Assembly (NCBI GenBank): GCA_964016885.1
Contig: OZ024749.1
Coordinates: forward strand, 35,340,001 to 35,404,000
DNA: 64,000 nt
Direction of reading: 5' to 3'
Source of the DNA: Eledone cirrhosa
Lineage: Eukaryota
A program made the position numbers and the translations under genes. Positions 1 to 12,912 of the stretch are shown in pieces; the first letter of the stretch is position 1; each line of letters begins with the position of its first letter. Under the pieces are notes generated by a model. That model was given only the letters and a program-made list of their open reading frames with translations. It had not been told where the DNA came from and did no database searches.

Positions 1-280
1 AACTAAGTATGGGAGCTCATAGTGTTGTCTAACTATAGACTCACAGAACTGTAGTATAATTATTGAGCTAAGTAAAACAGCTCATTGTGGTGTCTAACTA
101 TAGACTCACAGAATTGTAGTCTTAGATATTGAGCCAAGTAAAACAACTTATAGTGCTGTCTAACTTACTCGCACAGAACTGTAGTCTTAGTCATTGAGCT
201 AAGTATGAGAGCTCATAGTGTTGTCTAACTACAGACTCTCAGAGCTGCAGTCTAGTTATAGACTCACAGAACTGTAGTCT
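1..280. repeat. Degenerate ~65-bp tandem repeat (~4 copies, runs off the window start)
   Basis: CTATAGACTCACAGAA at 33 and 98, with diverged copies at ~165 and ~229. Confidence 0.8.
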
Positions 281-281
281 G

Positions 282-770
282 AACCCCTCCATGACCAAAT
301 CATTAATGAAATACACTACATTTGAATTAATTGATTAAGAATTTGGAGGGATCTAATCAAATTATTAATTATTTGATTACTAAGATGGTATTTGTAAAAT
401 AGTTTAACAAAAATTTCTTATATCAAATTGTGTTGGAAAATATTAATTTGAATAGGAAACATTTAACCCTTTTGTGACCTTATTTCTATGAAATCCCCTA
501 TTTCAATTCAATTACATAATGAAGAATTTTGAGAGATTTACTAAAATTATTAATTACTTCATCACTAAGAAAGTGACTTAACACATGATTTTTATATATA
601 ATTAAGTTAGATGATATTATTTAAAATTGGAACCCCTTAAAATAGGTGGTTTTATTTTTTATAGAACCAGAAGCAGTTTTAGCTGGGCTCGTATGAAAAT
701 GATAAAAATAGGTGGGATTATTTCATAGAACCAGAGGCATTTTTGGGTGGGTTAGTATCAATAAGGTTAA
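282..770. mobile_element. piggyBac-type (TTAA) MITE family A; an inner copy (~463-705) is nested in an outer copy
   Basis: TTAACCCTTTT start at 463 and ...ATAAGGTTAA end at 770; internal sequence shared with many copies in the window. Confidence 0.65.
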
Positions 771-1516
771 TTCTACTCTTTACAGTACTGTATTTACTAT
801 TGTGCTTAGGTGTTCTTAAACATAGGGCCCCATTGCTCCCAGGGGGTGGGGATCTTCCTGCCAAAAAGATTTTTTACGATGAATTTTTCAAATGTTTTTC
901 AAATGTAAAACGTTCAAAGGGGCTTCATAACTTAACTAACACAGGGCATCATTTGTACTAAATTCAGCACTAGCTCTCTACCTTCCATCATTTAATCTAG
1001 TGGAACATCCAGGATGTGATAGCTGGAAGGAAAGAGAGTGAGTTCTGTACAAGTACTGGGATGGCACCCAGAATAGATGGATAGCAAAGTAAACCTCAAC
1101 AGAATTTGAACTCCAAGTGCAGAGATCCAGAAAGAAACATCCAACACTCTAACAACAATGCCAAATCGACTGCGTTACTGATATTTATATAATAATAGAT
1201 AAAATGAATTAATCATAAAATATTATTAAAAAAACATTCACCAACAGACACACCACCACAACCACCACCACCCTCCATTATACATATATACACACTGGAT
1301 GATTGTTGTTTATCACATGGTGGATGATGATATATCATCGTTTGTCAGGCAACATCTAATGTATCACAGCAATTAGCTAACGAAGACTTAACTTTAGCCA
1401 TAATCAATGGTAGACATGAACTTCAGCCATTAAAGTGGTTGGTCTATCTATTAGAAAGTTTAGCAGAACTCACAAGAACCAGGGTCAACACAACTTCACA
1501 GAACTGATAATACAAA

Positions 1517-1900
1517 CGTGTGTGTATATATATATGTTTGTTTATCTGTCTGTGTGTATGTCTGTGTGTATGTATGTATGGTTGCATGTGTATGCACACA
1601 CGTGTATATGTGTACGCGTGTGTGATATATATATATATATATATATATATGAATATATGTATAAGTTCAGTTCATCAGACCCTGGTCAGCACAACTTCAT
1701 ATATTGATAATACAAATTTGTGTGTGTGTATATATATGCACATATGTGTGTATGTATGCACATATATATGTGTGTGTGTGTGTGTATATATATGTGTATG
1801 AGTGCATTTATGTGTGTGTGTATATATATATATATATATGTGTGTGTGTTTGTGTGTGTTTATGTATGTTTGTGTGTGCATATGTATGTACGTGTATATG
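1517..1900. repeat. (TG)n/(TA)n microsatellite tracts
   Basis: Direct inspection; source of the CVCVYIY ORFs. Confidence 0.95.
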
Positions 1901-2119
1901 GTCAGTAAAGCAGGAAGACCAGTGATAACAGACCCCCACCGCCATCACAACCACCCCCATCGCCACCACCATCAACATCCCAGTATAATTTTAAAAGCCT
2001 ATGTCCTCATCTGAGCTGCAATGTTGTGTAGTGAAGTAACAACGGAGTTAATTGGTGAGGGAAAGATTTATGGTAATAGCTGTAGATGGGACACTAGATT
2101 AGTGGAGTAGATTAATGGT

Positions 2120-2800
2120 GAGCTAGATAGAGAGCTAGATAGAGAGGTAGATTAGATGAGAGTTAAATAGAGAGACAGATTTGGGAAGTGGATTGGAGAG
2201 GTAAATAAACAGAGAGGTGGATAGAAAGGCCGATTAATGAAGTAGAGAGATTGAGAGGTAGATATAGAGAGAGACGTAGATAGGGAGTTAGACAGAGAGA
2301 GAGGTAGACTGGAGAGGTAGATAGAGAGGTAGACTGAGAGGTAGATAGAGAGAGAGGTAGATATAGAGAGATTGAGAGGTAGATATAGAGAGAGACATAG
2401 ATAGGGAGTTAGACAGAGAGAGAGGTAGACTGGAGAGGTAGATAGAGAGGTAGACTGAGAGGTAGATAGAGAGAGAGGTAGATATAGAGAGACATAGATC
2501 GGAGAGGTTAATAGATAGGGAGTTAGACAGAGAGAGAGAGGTAGAGGAGAGGTAGATAGATAGGTAAATAGAGAGGTAGATAGAGAGAGAGAGGTAGACA
2601 AAGAGGTAGATAGAGAGGTAGATAAAGAGGTAGACAGAGATAGATAGAGAGGTAGACTGAGAGGTAGATAAAGAGTTAGATGGAGAATTAGACTGTGAGG
2701 TAGACAGAGAGGTATATATAGAGAGAGGTAGATAAAGAGAGTGATAGACAGAGAGAGCTATATAGATAGAGAGGTATATAGATAGATAGAGAGGTAGGCT
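2120..2800. repeat. Purine-rich GA/GATA/GGTA low-complexity tract
   Basis: Repeated GAGAGGTAGATA-like motifs, with an internal duplication. Confidence 0.9.
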
Positions 2801-2989
2801 GGAGACAAAGAAAGAGAAACAAATTAGAGAAGAGGCTTGGTGATTATTTTATTCTTTTACTGGTTTCAGTCATTAGACAGCAGCCATGATAGGGCAAAAC
2901 CTTGATTTTAGTCCTCTCCCCTGTCATAAATAGGATAGGGGCCCCTGTCATAAACACACAAGAAATCTTCTATAAGACATAACCTTATA

Positions 2990-3209
2990 AGAGACCAGCT
3001 AAACCTACATAGGTGTGAGCTGTATTTATCTAAAAACATTCCATCGTAATTTTATGTAAGAACCTTTGTTAAGTTATGTTTCAAACACCACAGAGTAATG
3101 AGAAAGTTATTAATTTTACCAAATCTCATTGAATTCTTGATTATCTTTAGAACTATTTGAAAATCATAGTCAGTGTTGGTCATTAGAAATTTGGTAATGA
3201 AAGAGTTAA
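2990..3209. mobile_element. MITE family A copy (opposite orientation)
   Basis: Ends TTAGAAATTTGGTAATGAAAGAGTTAA; internal GTTAAGTTATGTTTCAAACACC shared with the family. Confidence 0.6.
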
Positions 3210-3258
3210 CATTTGAATACTGAATACAATAATTTAGTAACCATGTCTGACCGAGTCT

Positions 3259-3864
3259 TTAACCTTTTCATGACTGTATTTCTAATGAAATCCGCTCTAT
3301 TTGGAACATCAAGCATAAGTAGTGAAAGAGTCACTCGCTGGGAAGAAAAACTTAATCTCCCATCTGTAACAACAATGGAGCAAAAGGTGAGTGAGGCACT
3401 GCCTTCTGGAACAGATACAAACTATGCAGTGTGGAAATGCCTCAACTGATTAAGATCTGGTGTTGGTCTGGCAAAATGGGGATATTTAAAAGATAGGGAC
3501 ATTGTGTGTGACTTCGACATCAAACCACAGACTCTGCAGCACCTCCTGATATTCCCCCTTCTCGAACACCCCTGCACAGCATTGGACTTAGCAGAGTTAA
3601 ATGAGAAAGGACAACAATGTGATCACCTGTGGCAGAACCACATCTAGCCAAGCTTTGTAGCCACACGATAAGAAGTTAATGAATAATTTACAATTATTTA
3701 CTTAAATTATCAATTATTTCACTATTATTAAGTTATTGACTTAACATATGGTACGTATATAAAACTATGTTGATTTTTAGTTAAATAGGAATCCTTTAAA
3801 ATGGGTGGCCTTTGTTTCATAGAATCAGATCCAGTTTTGGCTGGGTTGGTGTCAAAAGAGTTAA
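3259..3864. mobile_element. MITE family A copy interrupted by an RTE-X fragment
   Basis: TTAACCTTTTCATGACTGTATTTCTAATGAAAT start; ...GTGTCAAAAGAGTTAA end. Confidence 0.65.
3304..3675 (+). mobile_element. 3' fragment of an RTE-X-like non-LTR retrotransposon (decayed)
   Basis: Translates LPSG..VWKCLN*LRSGVGLAKWGY..CD..PQTLQHLL..P..C..DL..W...*, resembling the RTE-X C-terminus (W..LNRLR.GVG..KWG..C.CG..QT..HLL.CP); ends CACGATAAGAAG. Confidence 0.7.
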
Positions 3865-4649
3865 TATACTAAAACTACATGGTTTCCAAGGTAACTAACT
3901 ACCTCTTTACAGAACCTCAATCCGTTAGCCATGTTCTCAAATATGTGTGTGTGTGTGTGAGTCATCAACTCAAGAATTATTAGACTTTGGAAATCAAAAT
4001 CATATCCTGATAGTCTAAGAACTATCGACAAGTTATTCCAGAATTTGTCAGTGAAATCCTTCTATCAGATTTTTTTTTTCTTAAATGTTTAATGAATGAT
4101 AATTGCCTGCTGCTTCTCTTCTAGAATGAACTGGTCAACCAATCTCTCTCTCTCTCTCTCTTGGAAAATAGGCAGCATTTATCTGATTTTCTTATATTCA
4201 TTTTTTATATATTTTTCACTCCATTTTGTCTCAAGCAAAAAAAAAAAAACAAAAAAAAAATGGATAAAAAATAAGAAATAAATGGAAGAAGAAGAAGAAG
4301 ACAGTTGTCTTGAAACGATGCTATCTCAAAGTACAGCAAACCTTGGCATGTCGATTAAGATTTCATATTAAATTGTCACATGTATTCAGTAAGTCAGTCA
4401 AATGCACAAGGTAGCAGGTGTGTGTGTGTGTGTGTGTGTGCGCGTATATCAAAACAGACATTTACATGTGTATGTGTGTATATATATATACACATGTATG
4501 TGTGTGTGTGTATATATATATATAAATATATATACAAACATGCGTGTGATGTATATATATAGAGATCCAAACATTTTTGTATAGTACAATTAAAAAAATT
4601 TCATATGTGGACATGTGTGTGTGTTATGAAGAACTTTATTCACACACAC

Positions 4650-4680
<31 letters not shown>

Positions 4681-4724
4681 CAATATATATGTGTGTATGA
4701 GTATATATATTCATATATATATTC

Positions 4725-5117
4725 AGTAGCAGTGCAGTAAGGCAATTAAGGATTTGAAGACAGGTCATTGGGAATAGTTGGTGAGATGCTGAAAGCATCT
4801 GGGATGGTAGGACACATAATTGTTTCTACTTTTGGCACAAGGCCAGCAATTATCCCAGTGTATTACTGGTACTTTATTTTATCGACTCCGTAAGGATGAA
4901 AGGCAAAATTAACCTCGGCGGGATTTGAACTCAGACCATAAAGGGCCGTAACTCTTTGCTGCAAAGCATGGCGTCCGACCCTCTACCGATACTACCAATG
5001 ACACATAATAACCACCAATATTGTAAGCTAAGTAATACAACATGGTGCTATATCCAATGACTGGCATAGCAGCAGCATTGTCAACTGCTTCAAAGGCAAA
5101 GGTGATGCACTAGACAA
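4725..5117 (+). mobile_element. Decayed internal RTE LINE fragment, split by a SINE
   Basis: Aligns by eye to the KAIRDMK..EMLKASG..SSIIVNCYKGKGDALD segment of the ORF at ~50260-50455. Confidence 0.85.
4817..5000 (-). mobile_element. SINE family 2 (~190 bp, tRNA-like head, ATT tail) with a 10-bp TSD
   Basis: GACACATAAT at 4811-4820 and 5000-5009; B-box-like GAGTTCAAATCC on the minus strand. Confidence 0.9.
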
Positions 5118-5131
5118 GTTGTAGGTAGTGG

Positions 5132-5348
5132 TTAACCCTTTAATGTTCAAACCGGCCAAAACCGGCCAGAATTCTCTACCGCTTTCTGTTGAATCTGGCT
5201 GTAACTGGCCACACCAGGGATTGTTCTCAAAATAAATACTTTCAAAATCTCATAGATTCGATATTATGTGAGATAATTATGCGAGGTAAAGCCTTTACCA
5301 TGAAAATATAATAGTATATATAGAGTAATGTGATTGATAAAAGGTTAA
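5132..5348. mobile_element. piggyBac-type MITE family B (~215 bp)
   Basis: TTAACCCTTTA...TAAAAGGTTAA; homologues at 29135, 41805 and 45610. Confidence 0.8.
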
Positions 5349-5822
5349 ACTGAGTTTTGTATAAAACGTGTTAAGTCAATTGTGTATGTTAACCTTGGTT
5401 GGAACTGAACTCTGAACACAAAACCTTTTGTTGGATGTTCCTCAGTTTCCGCCATTTTCCCACCATAATCGTGAAACTGTTATTGTGCAGGGTGGAAGAA
5501 GTGATGAATTATTTTCCATACTCTCTCCCTCTCTCTCTGTTTGATGACACCACAGACAGACAGCCGTGCTGTGTGATATGTGACAGGTTTGCCAAATCAA
5601 ATAACTTTTAACACTTTTAGCACCGTATTCTATCACCATTACTCTTTCCCCCTGTACCCCCCCCCCATGTCATTTGACTTCTATTGTTTCTTCTTCTGTT
5701 TCCTTCTTCACCATCTTCACCTTCACCTTTTCCTTCCCTTCCTCTTTCTCCTTTAACTTCATCTTCAACACCTTAGTCTTCTATCAAGATCCACAAAATA
5801 AAACCTATGTGACAGTATTAGT

Positions 5823-5895
<73 letters not shown>

Positions 5896-6497
5896 CGCGT
5901 GCAGATATATATGTGTGTGTATATATATATGTATAAAGTTACAATGCCATGTGTAGAAAGTAGAAGGTTAAAAATAATCTTTCACACATCAGACATACAC
6001 TAAAATCTTTTTGATCAATCCAGTCAGTCATCATTGGATGTAAAACATTACTAGCAGCTACAATTACTTGGGGTTGGGTGTTTGGTGTCTCATTTCTCTG
6101 TCTTATAGAAACATCACATCACCACATTACTATATCACATTGGTGGTGATGGTGGTGGTGGTTTTCTTGTTATTGGTTGTACCCACCACACTAATAACAT
6201 TAGGGAGTTCAATACTAGGGAACTGACTTTAATGGGGCTCACACACTCTGACTGACACACACACACACATACATACACTGACTGACACACACATACACTG
6301 ACTGACACAAATACACATTTACATATACATATTCTCACACACACTTACATACATAGCAACAGACAGATACACATAGATACACAGATAGACACACACACAC
6401 ACACATACACACATACACAGCAACAGACAGACACAAGCACTAAACACATATGTAACACATATAGATAATATAGATACATTGACAGACACAGAGATAG

Positions 6498-9470
6498 ACA
6501 AACATACACACAAACATACACACACAACAATATACAGAGACAGACAGAGCAACATACACACAAACATACACACACAACAATATACAGAGACAGACACAGC
6601 AACATACACACAAACATACACACACGACAATATACAGAGACAGACACAATAACATACACACACACATACACACACAACAATATATAGAGACAGACACAAC
6701 AACACACACACAAACATACACACACGACAATATACAGAGACAGACACAACAACATACACACAAACATACACACACAACAATATACAGAGACAGACACAGC
6801 AACATACACACAAACATACACACACAACAATATACAGAGACAGACACAGCAACATACACACAAACATACACACACAACAATATACAGAGACAGACACAGC
6901 AACATACACACAAACATACACACACAACAATATACAGAGACAGACACAACAACATACACACAAACATACACACACAACAATATACAGAGACAGACAGAGC
7001 AACATACACACAAACATACACACACAACAATATACAGAGACAGACACAGCAACATACACACAAACATACACACACAACAATATACAGAGACAGACACAGC
7101 AACATACACACAAACATACACACACAACAATATACAGAGACAGACACAGCAACATACACACAAACATACACACACAACAATATACAGAGACAGACACAGC
7201 AACATACACACAAACATACACACACAACAATATACAGAGACAGACACAGCAACATACACACAAACATACACACACAACAATATACAGAGACAGACACAGC
7301 AACATACACACAAACATACACACACAACAATATACAGAGACAGACACAGCAACATACACACAAACATACACACACAACAATATACAGAGACAGACACAGC
7401 AACATACACACAAACATACACACACAACAATATACAGAGACAGACACAGCAACATACACACAAACATACACACACAACAATATACAGAGACAGACACAAC
7501 AACATACACACAAACATACACACACAACAATATACAGAGACAGACACAACAACATACACACAAACATACACACACAACAATATACAGAGACAGACACAGC
7601 AACATACACACAAACATACACACACAACAATATACAGAGACAGACACAGCAACATACACACACAACAATATACAGAGACAGACACAACAACATACACACA
7701 AACATACACACACAACAATATACAGAGACAGACACAACAACATACACACAAACATACACACACAACAATATACAGAGACAGACACAGCAACATACACACA
7801 CAACAATATACAGAGACAGACACAGCAACATACACACATACATACACACACAACAATATACAGAGACAGACACAGCAACAGACACACAAACATACACACA
7901 CAACAATATATAGAGACAGACACAACAACATACACACAAACATACACACACGACAATATACAGAGACAGACACAGCAACATACACACAAACATACACACA
8001 CACAACAATATACAGAGACAGACACAGCAACATACACACAAACATACACACACAACAATATACAGAGACAGACACAGCAACATACACACAAACATACACA
8101 CACAACAATATACAGAGACAGACACAACAACATACAGACAAACATACACACACAACAATATATAGAGACAGACACAACAACATACACACAAACATACACA
8201 CACGACAATATACAGAGACAGACACAGCAACATACACACAAACATACACACACACAACAATATACAGAGACAGACACAGCAACATACACACAAACATACA
8301 CACACAACAATATACAGAGACAGACACAGCAACATACACACAAACATACACACACAACAATATACAGAGACAGACACAACAACATACAGACAAACATACA
8401 CACACAACAATATATAGAGACAGACACAACAACATACACACAAACATACACACACAACAATATACAGAGACAGACACAACAACATACACACAAACATACA
8501 CACACAACAATATACAGAGACAGACACAGCAAGATACACACACAACAATATACAGAGACAGACACAGCAACATACACACAAACATACACACACGACAATA
8601 TACAGAGACAGACACAACAACATACACACAAACATACACACACAACAATATACAGAGACAGACACAGCAACATACACACAAACATACACACACAACAATA
8701 TACAGAGACAGACACAACAACATACAGACAAACATACACACACGACAATATACAGAGACAGACACAACAACATACACACAAACATACACACAAACATACA
8801 CACACACACAACAATATACAGAGACAGACACAGCAACATACACACAAACATAGACACACAGCAATATACAGAGACAGACACAACAACATACACACAAACA
8901 TACACACACAACAATATATAGACAGACACAACAACATACACACAAACATACACACACAACAATATACAGAGACAGACACAACAACATACACACAAACATA
9001 CACACACAACAATATACAGAGACAGACACAACAACGTACACACAAACATACACACACAACAATATACAGAGACAGACACAACAACATACACACAAACATA
9101 CACACACAACAATATACATAGACAGACACAGTAACATACACACAAACATACACACACAACAATATACAGAGACAGACACAACAACATACACACACACATA
9201 CACACAAACATACATACACAACAATATACAGAGACAGACACAGCAACATACACACAAACATACACACACAACAATATACATAGACAGAGACAGTAACATA
9301 CACACAAACATACACACACAACAATATACAGAGACAGACACAACAACATACACACACACATACACACAAACATACATACACAACAATATACAGAGACAGA
9401 CACAGCAACATACACACAAACATACACACACAACAATATACATAGACAGACACAGTAACATACACACACA
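6498..9470. repeat. 50-bp CA-rich satellite, ~60 copies
   Basis: Unit CAACATACACACAAACATACACACACAACAATATACAGAGACAGACACAG; explains the three ~1000-aa minus-strand ORFs. Confidence 0.97.
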
Positions 9471-9554
9471 CAGACAGACTGACAGACAGTGGATCACATT
9501 GGATTATTTTGAGTGGATGGATGTTGAGACTGTAGTCACCTGAGATTTGCTAAA

Positions 9555-10013
9555 TATACACATATATATGTTTATATACTCATAAACACATGCACACACA
9601 TATATACATTTATACACATACACACACATTTATACATATAAATACATAACATATAAGGGCTATTTTCCTTGCTAACGTATCTTGTTTGTATATGTATGTA
9701 TGTAAGTGTGTATACATGTGTGTGTATGTGTATGTATGTATGTGTGTATATGTGTATGTATGTGTGTATGTGTATGTGTATGTATATGTGTATGTATGTG
9801 TGAATGTGTGTATGCATATGTTTGTGTGTGCGTATGCATATCTGCTTGTGTGTATATGCAAATGTACGTTTGTAAGTATGTACATGTGTATGTATGTATA
9901 TATATATGTATATTTGCAAATCTATGTATGTATATGTGGGTGTGTATGTAGGTATATATATATATATATATATATATGCATATGTATGTGTGTAAGAATG
10001 TGTGTGTATGTAT
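9555..10013. repeat. (CA)/(TG)/(TA) microsatellite mosaic
   Basis: Direct inspection. Confidence 0.9.
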
Positions 10014-10224
10014 GAGGAGAAAGAGTGGTTTAAATGAATGAGTGTAATAACAGTTTCAATACTGTATTGATTTCTACAAGTGTAACTACTCCAGAAAAAA
10101 TAGTCCAGCCATAAAGACGATGTCATCTCTTATATTCACCATGCAGATGAGCAGTTCCACTATATATATTATATATCATCATTATCATCATCATTTTACA
10201 TATAGAACCATTATATTGGCTATG

Positions 10225-10400
10225 TGAAGGCATGTGGCTTAGTGGTTATGGTTGTGAGTTCAATGCCTGGTCTAAGGTAGCATGTTTTATCCTTGATTTC
10301 TTTCCACATTGTTCCAGTTCACTCAGCTGAAAAAAAAAAAAATGAGTTGCGATGTCACTGGTGCCACAAGCTGTATCTACCTATGGCTTTCTCGTGGACA
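10225..10400 (+). mobile_element. tRNA-derived SINE with a shortened head
   Basis: A box TGGCTTAGTGG followed after only ~12 nt by GAGTTCAATGCC; body TTTCCACATTGTTCCAGTTCACTCAGCTG. Confidence 0.7.
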
Positions 10401-10418
10401 ACATAATATACATATAGA

Positions 10419-11088
10419 AATAATTGTTTCTACTTTTGGCACAAGGCCAGCAATTACCCAGTGCATTACTGGTACTTTATTTTATCGACCCCGTAGGGAT
10501 GAAAGGCAAAGTTAACCTCGGAAATAATAAGGAACAGGAATAAAATAATGATGGTATATTGATACTTCATTCCTGATCATTATTATTATTAGGGCGGTGG
10601 ATTGGCAGTATCGGTGGAGGGTCGGACGCCATGCTTTCTAGCATAGTTACGTCCCTTTACGATCTGAGTTCAAATCCCGCCGAGGTTAACTTTGCCTTTC
10701 ATCCTTGCGGGGGTCGATAAAATAAAGTACCAGTAATGCACTGGGGTAATTGCTGGCCTTGTGCCAAAAGTAGAAACAATTATTATTATTATTATTGGCA
10801 GTATTGGTAGAGAGAGTCGGACACCATGCTTTGAAGCATCGAGTTACGTCCCTTTATGATCTGAGTTCAAATCCTGCAGAGGTTAACTTTGCCTTTCATC
10901 CTTACGGGTTCGATAAAATGAAGTACCAGTAATGTACTGGGTAATTGCTGGCCTCGTGCCAAAAATAGAAACGATCTGAGTTCAAATCCCGCCGAGGTTA
11001 ACTTTGCCTTTCATCCTTACGGGGTCGATAAAATAAAGTACCAGTAATGCACTGGGTAATTGCTGGCCTTGTGCCTAAAGTAGAAACA

Positions 11089-11120
<32 letters not shown>

Positions 11121-11350
11121 TATTGCGGTGGATTTGCAGTATTGGTAGAACGTCGGACAACATGCTTTATGGAATAGGGTTACGTCCCTTAACGATCTGA
11201 GTTCGAAGGTTATAGCTTTGCCTTTCATCCTTATGGGGTCGATAAAATAAAGTACCAGTAATGCACTGGGGTTGATTTAATCGACTTTCTCCCTCCCCCA
11301 AAATTGCTGGCTTTGTGCCTAAATTGGAAACCATTATTATTATTATTATT
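10419..11350. mobile_element. Cluster of SINE family 2 copies: one minus partial (10419-10522), then four plus copies head-to-tail
   Basis: Repeated TTAACTTTGCCTTTCATCCTTACGGGGTCGATAAAATAAAGTACCAGTAATGCACTGGG; ATT tails. Confidence 0.92.
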
Positions 11351-11847
11351 ATCATTATATATATATGGCAAACAAAGAAAGTATAAAACCCAAAGGCTAA
11401 AAATGAATAAATTCAATAAAATTCTTCACCAGATCCACTCCTATGACACAATAATATTAGAACTAATCATTTTAGTCAATTATACATCCTGTTTCTATAC
11501 AGTAGACAGTCAAGTATATAATTTATAGACTTATGTAGGCTTGGCTGTGTGGTTAAGAACTTCATTTCACAACCACATGGCCTTGAGTTCAGTCCAACTG
11601 CAAAGCTCAAGAGGCCTGTTGTGTGCGTGTGTACAAAAATACATAAATATAAATACATACATATATATATATGGACGTGCATCTACATGTGAGAACACAT
11701 ATTTGAGGAGCTCCCGATTCCATAGTCAGGATCGAACATTATTAGATCGCTTCTCGAGCTGATCGGCAGTGATTCATATATAATATGTATTTAAATATGT
11801 ATATGATGCAATAATGATTCTTTGTTCCCATTTATTATTATTATTAT

Positions 11848-12035
11848 GGATTGGCAGTATCAGTAGAGGGTTGGACACCATGCTTTGATGCATAGAGTTA
11901 CGGCCCTTGCCATTCTGAGTTCAAATGCCGCCGAGGTTAACTTTGCCTTTCATCCTTACGGGGTCGATAAAATAAAGTACCAGTAATGCACTGGGATAAT
12001 TGCTGGCCTTGTGCCAAAAGTAGAAACAATTATTA
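11848..12035 (+). mobile_element. SINE family 2 copy
   Basis: Same head, core and tail as 10591-10790. Confidence 0.92.
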
Positions 12036-12184
12036 TATACACACACACACACACATATATATATTATTCCAAGTAAAAAATGTTGGTTGATCAATTAATC
12101 AACAGACTATAGTGTAAACAAATGTAAGCACTCCATGACATGGGTACCTTAAGGTATTACAATAAGATATCAGATAGAATGTCA

Positions 12185-12387
12185 ATATTATAAAAAAGAG
12201 AGGTTTTATGTAAACTTATTATATAATCCTGTTATGCACATTTCGAAGACATCAAAGTGGTTGCGTAACAATCAATTGATGTGTTATGATTGTTATGCAA
12301 CCACTTTCATGTTTCCAAATGCATATAACAGGATTATATAATAAACAGAGGATGCATACATAAAACCGTCTCTCTTCTTTACAATAT
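12185..12387. repeat. ~200-bp imperfect palindrome (foldback)
   Basis: TTATTATATAATCCTGTTAT..AAAGTGGTTGCGTAACAATCA versus TGATTGTTATGCAACCACTTT..ATAACAGGATTATATAATAA; 12-nt loop. Confidence 0.85.
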
Positions 12388-12844
12388 ATATATATATATA
12401 CCAAAATACTGTATATATATTTGACAGGGAAAACAAAATCAGCAAGACATTTTGATGGTGATCCAGAGGGAAAAATATATAACAACAATGAATTATTAAA
12501 CATAGTTGTTGTGAGTATAGAGCATTGCATATTATAGGAATATATATATTATATATATATGTATATATATATATAATATACATACATATATACATATTAT
12601 ATATGTAAATACATATTATGATGGGGTCCATCAGGTTTAAATGTGTCCTAGACATGCTGTATGACGGTGTCTCTACAATTCCACAAAGAGTTATGAGATC
12701 TTTATCCCTTATATATATATATATATATATATATCTATATATATATATATCTATATATATTTATATATATCCAGACAGCTTCCAAAAATAATGGTCGCAT
12801 CTAATAGGGTACGTCAAAATTATTTATAAAACTGTTTATATATT

Positions 12845-12912
12845 GTATTTTGTCTGATGAAGGCATACCATATTTTAATTTGGTATCCCTGAAATATGTA
12901 TAATGAAATAAA
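12845..12912 (+). ncRNA. Degenerate minimal type I hammerhead ribozyme motif (Penelope-like remnant)
   Basis: CTGATGA-AGGCATACCA-loop-TGGTATCCCT-GAAA-TATGTA; stem II pairs 9/10; stem I is poor; AATAAA follows. Confidence 0.5.

Noticed and set aside
6319-9497. Three ~1000-aa Cys/Val-rich ORFs
   Set aside because: Translation of a 50-bp satellite; the same peptide appears in all frames
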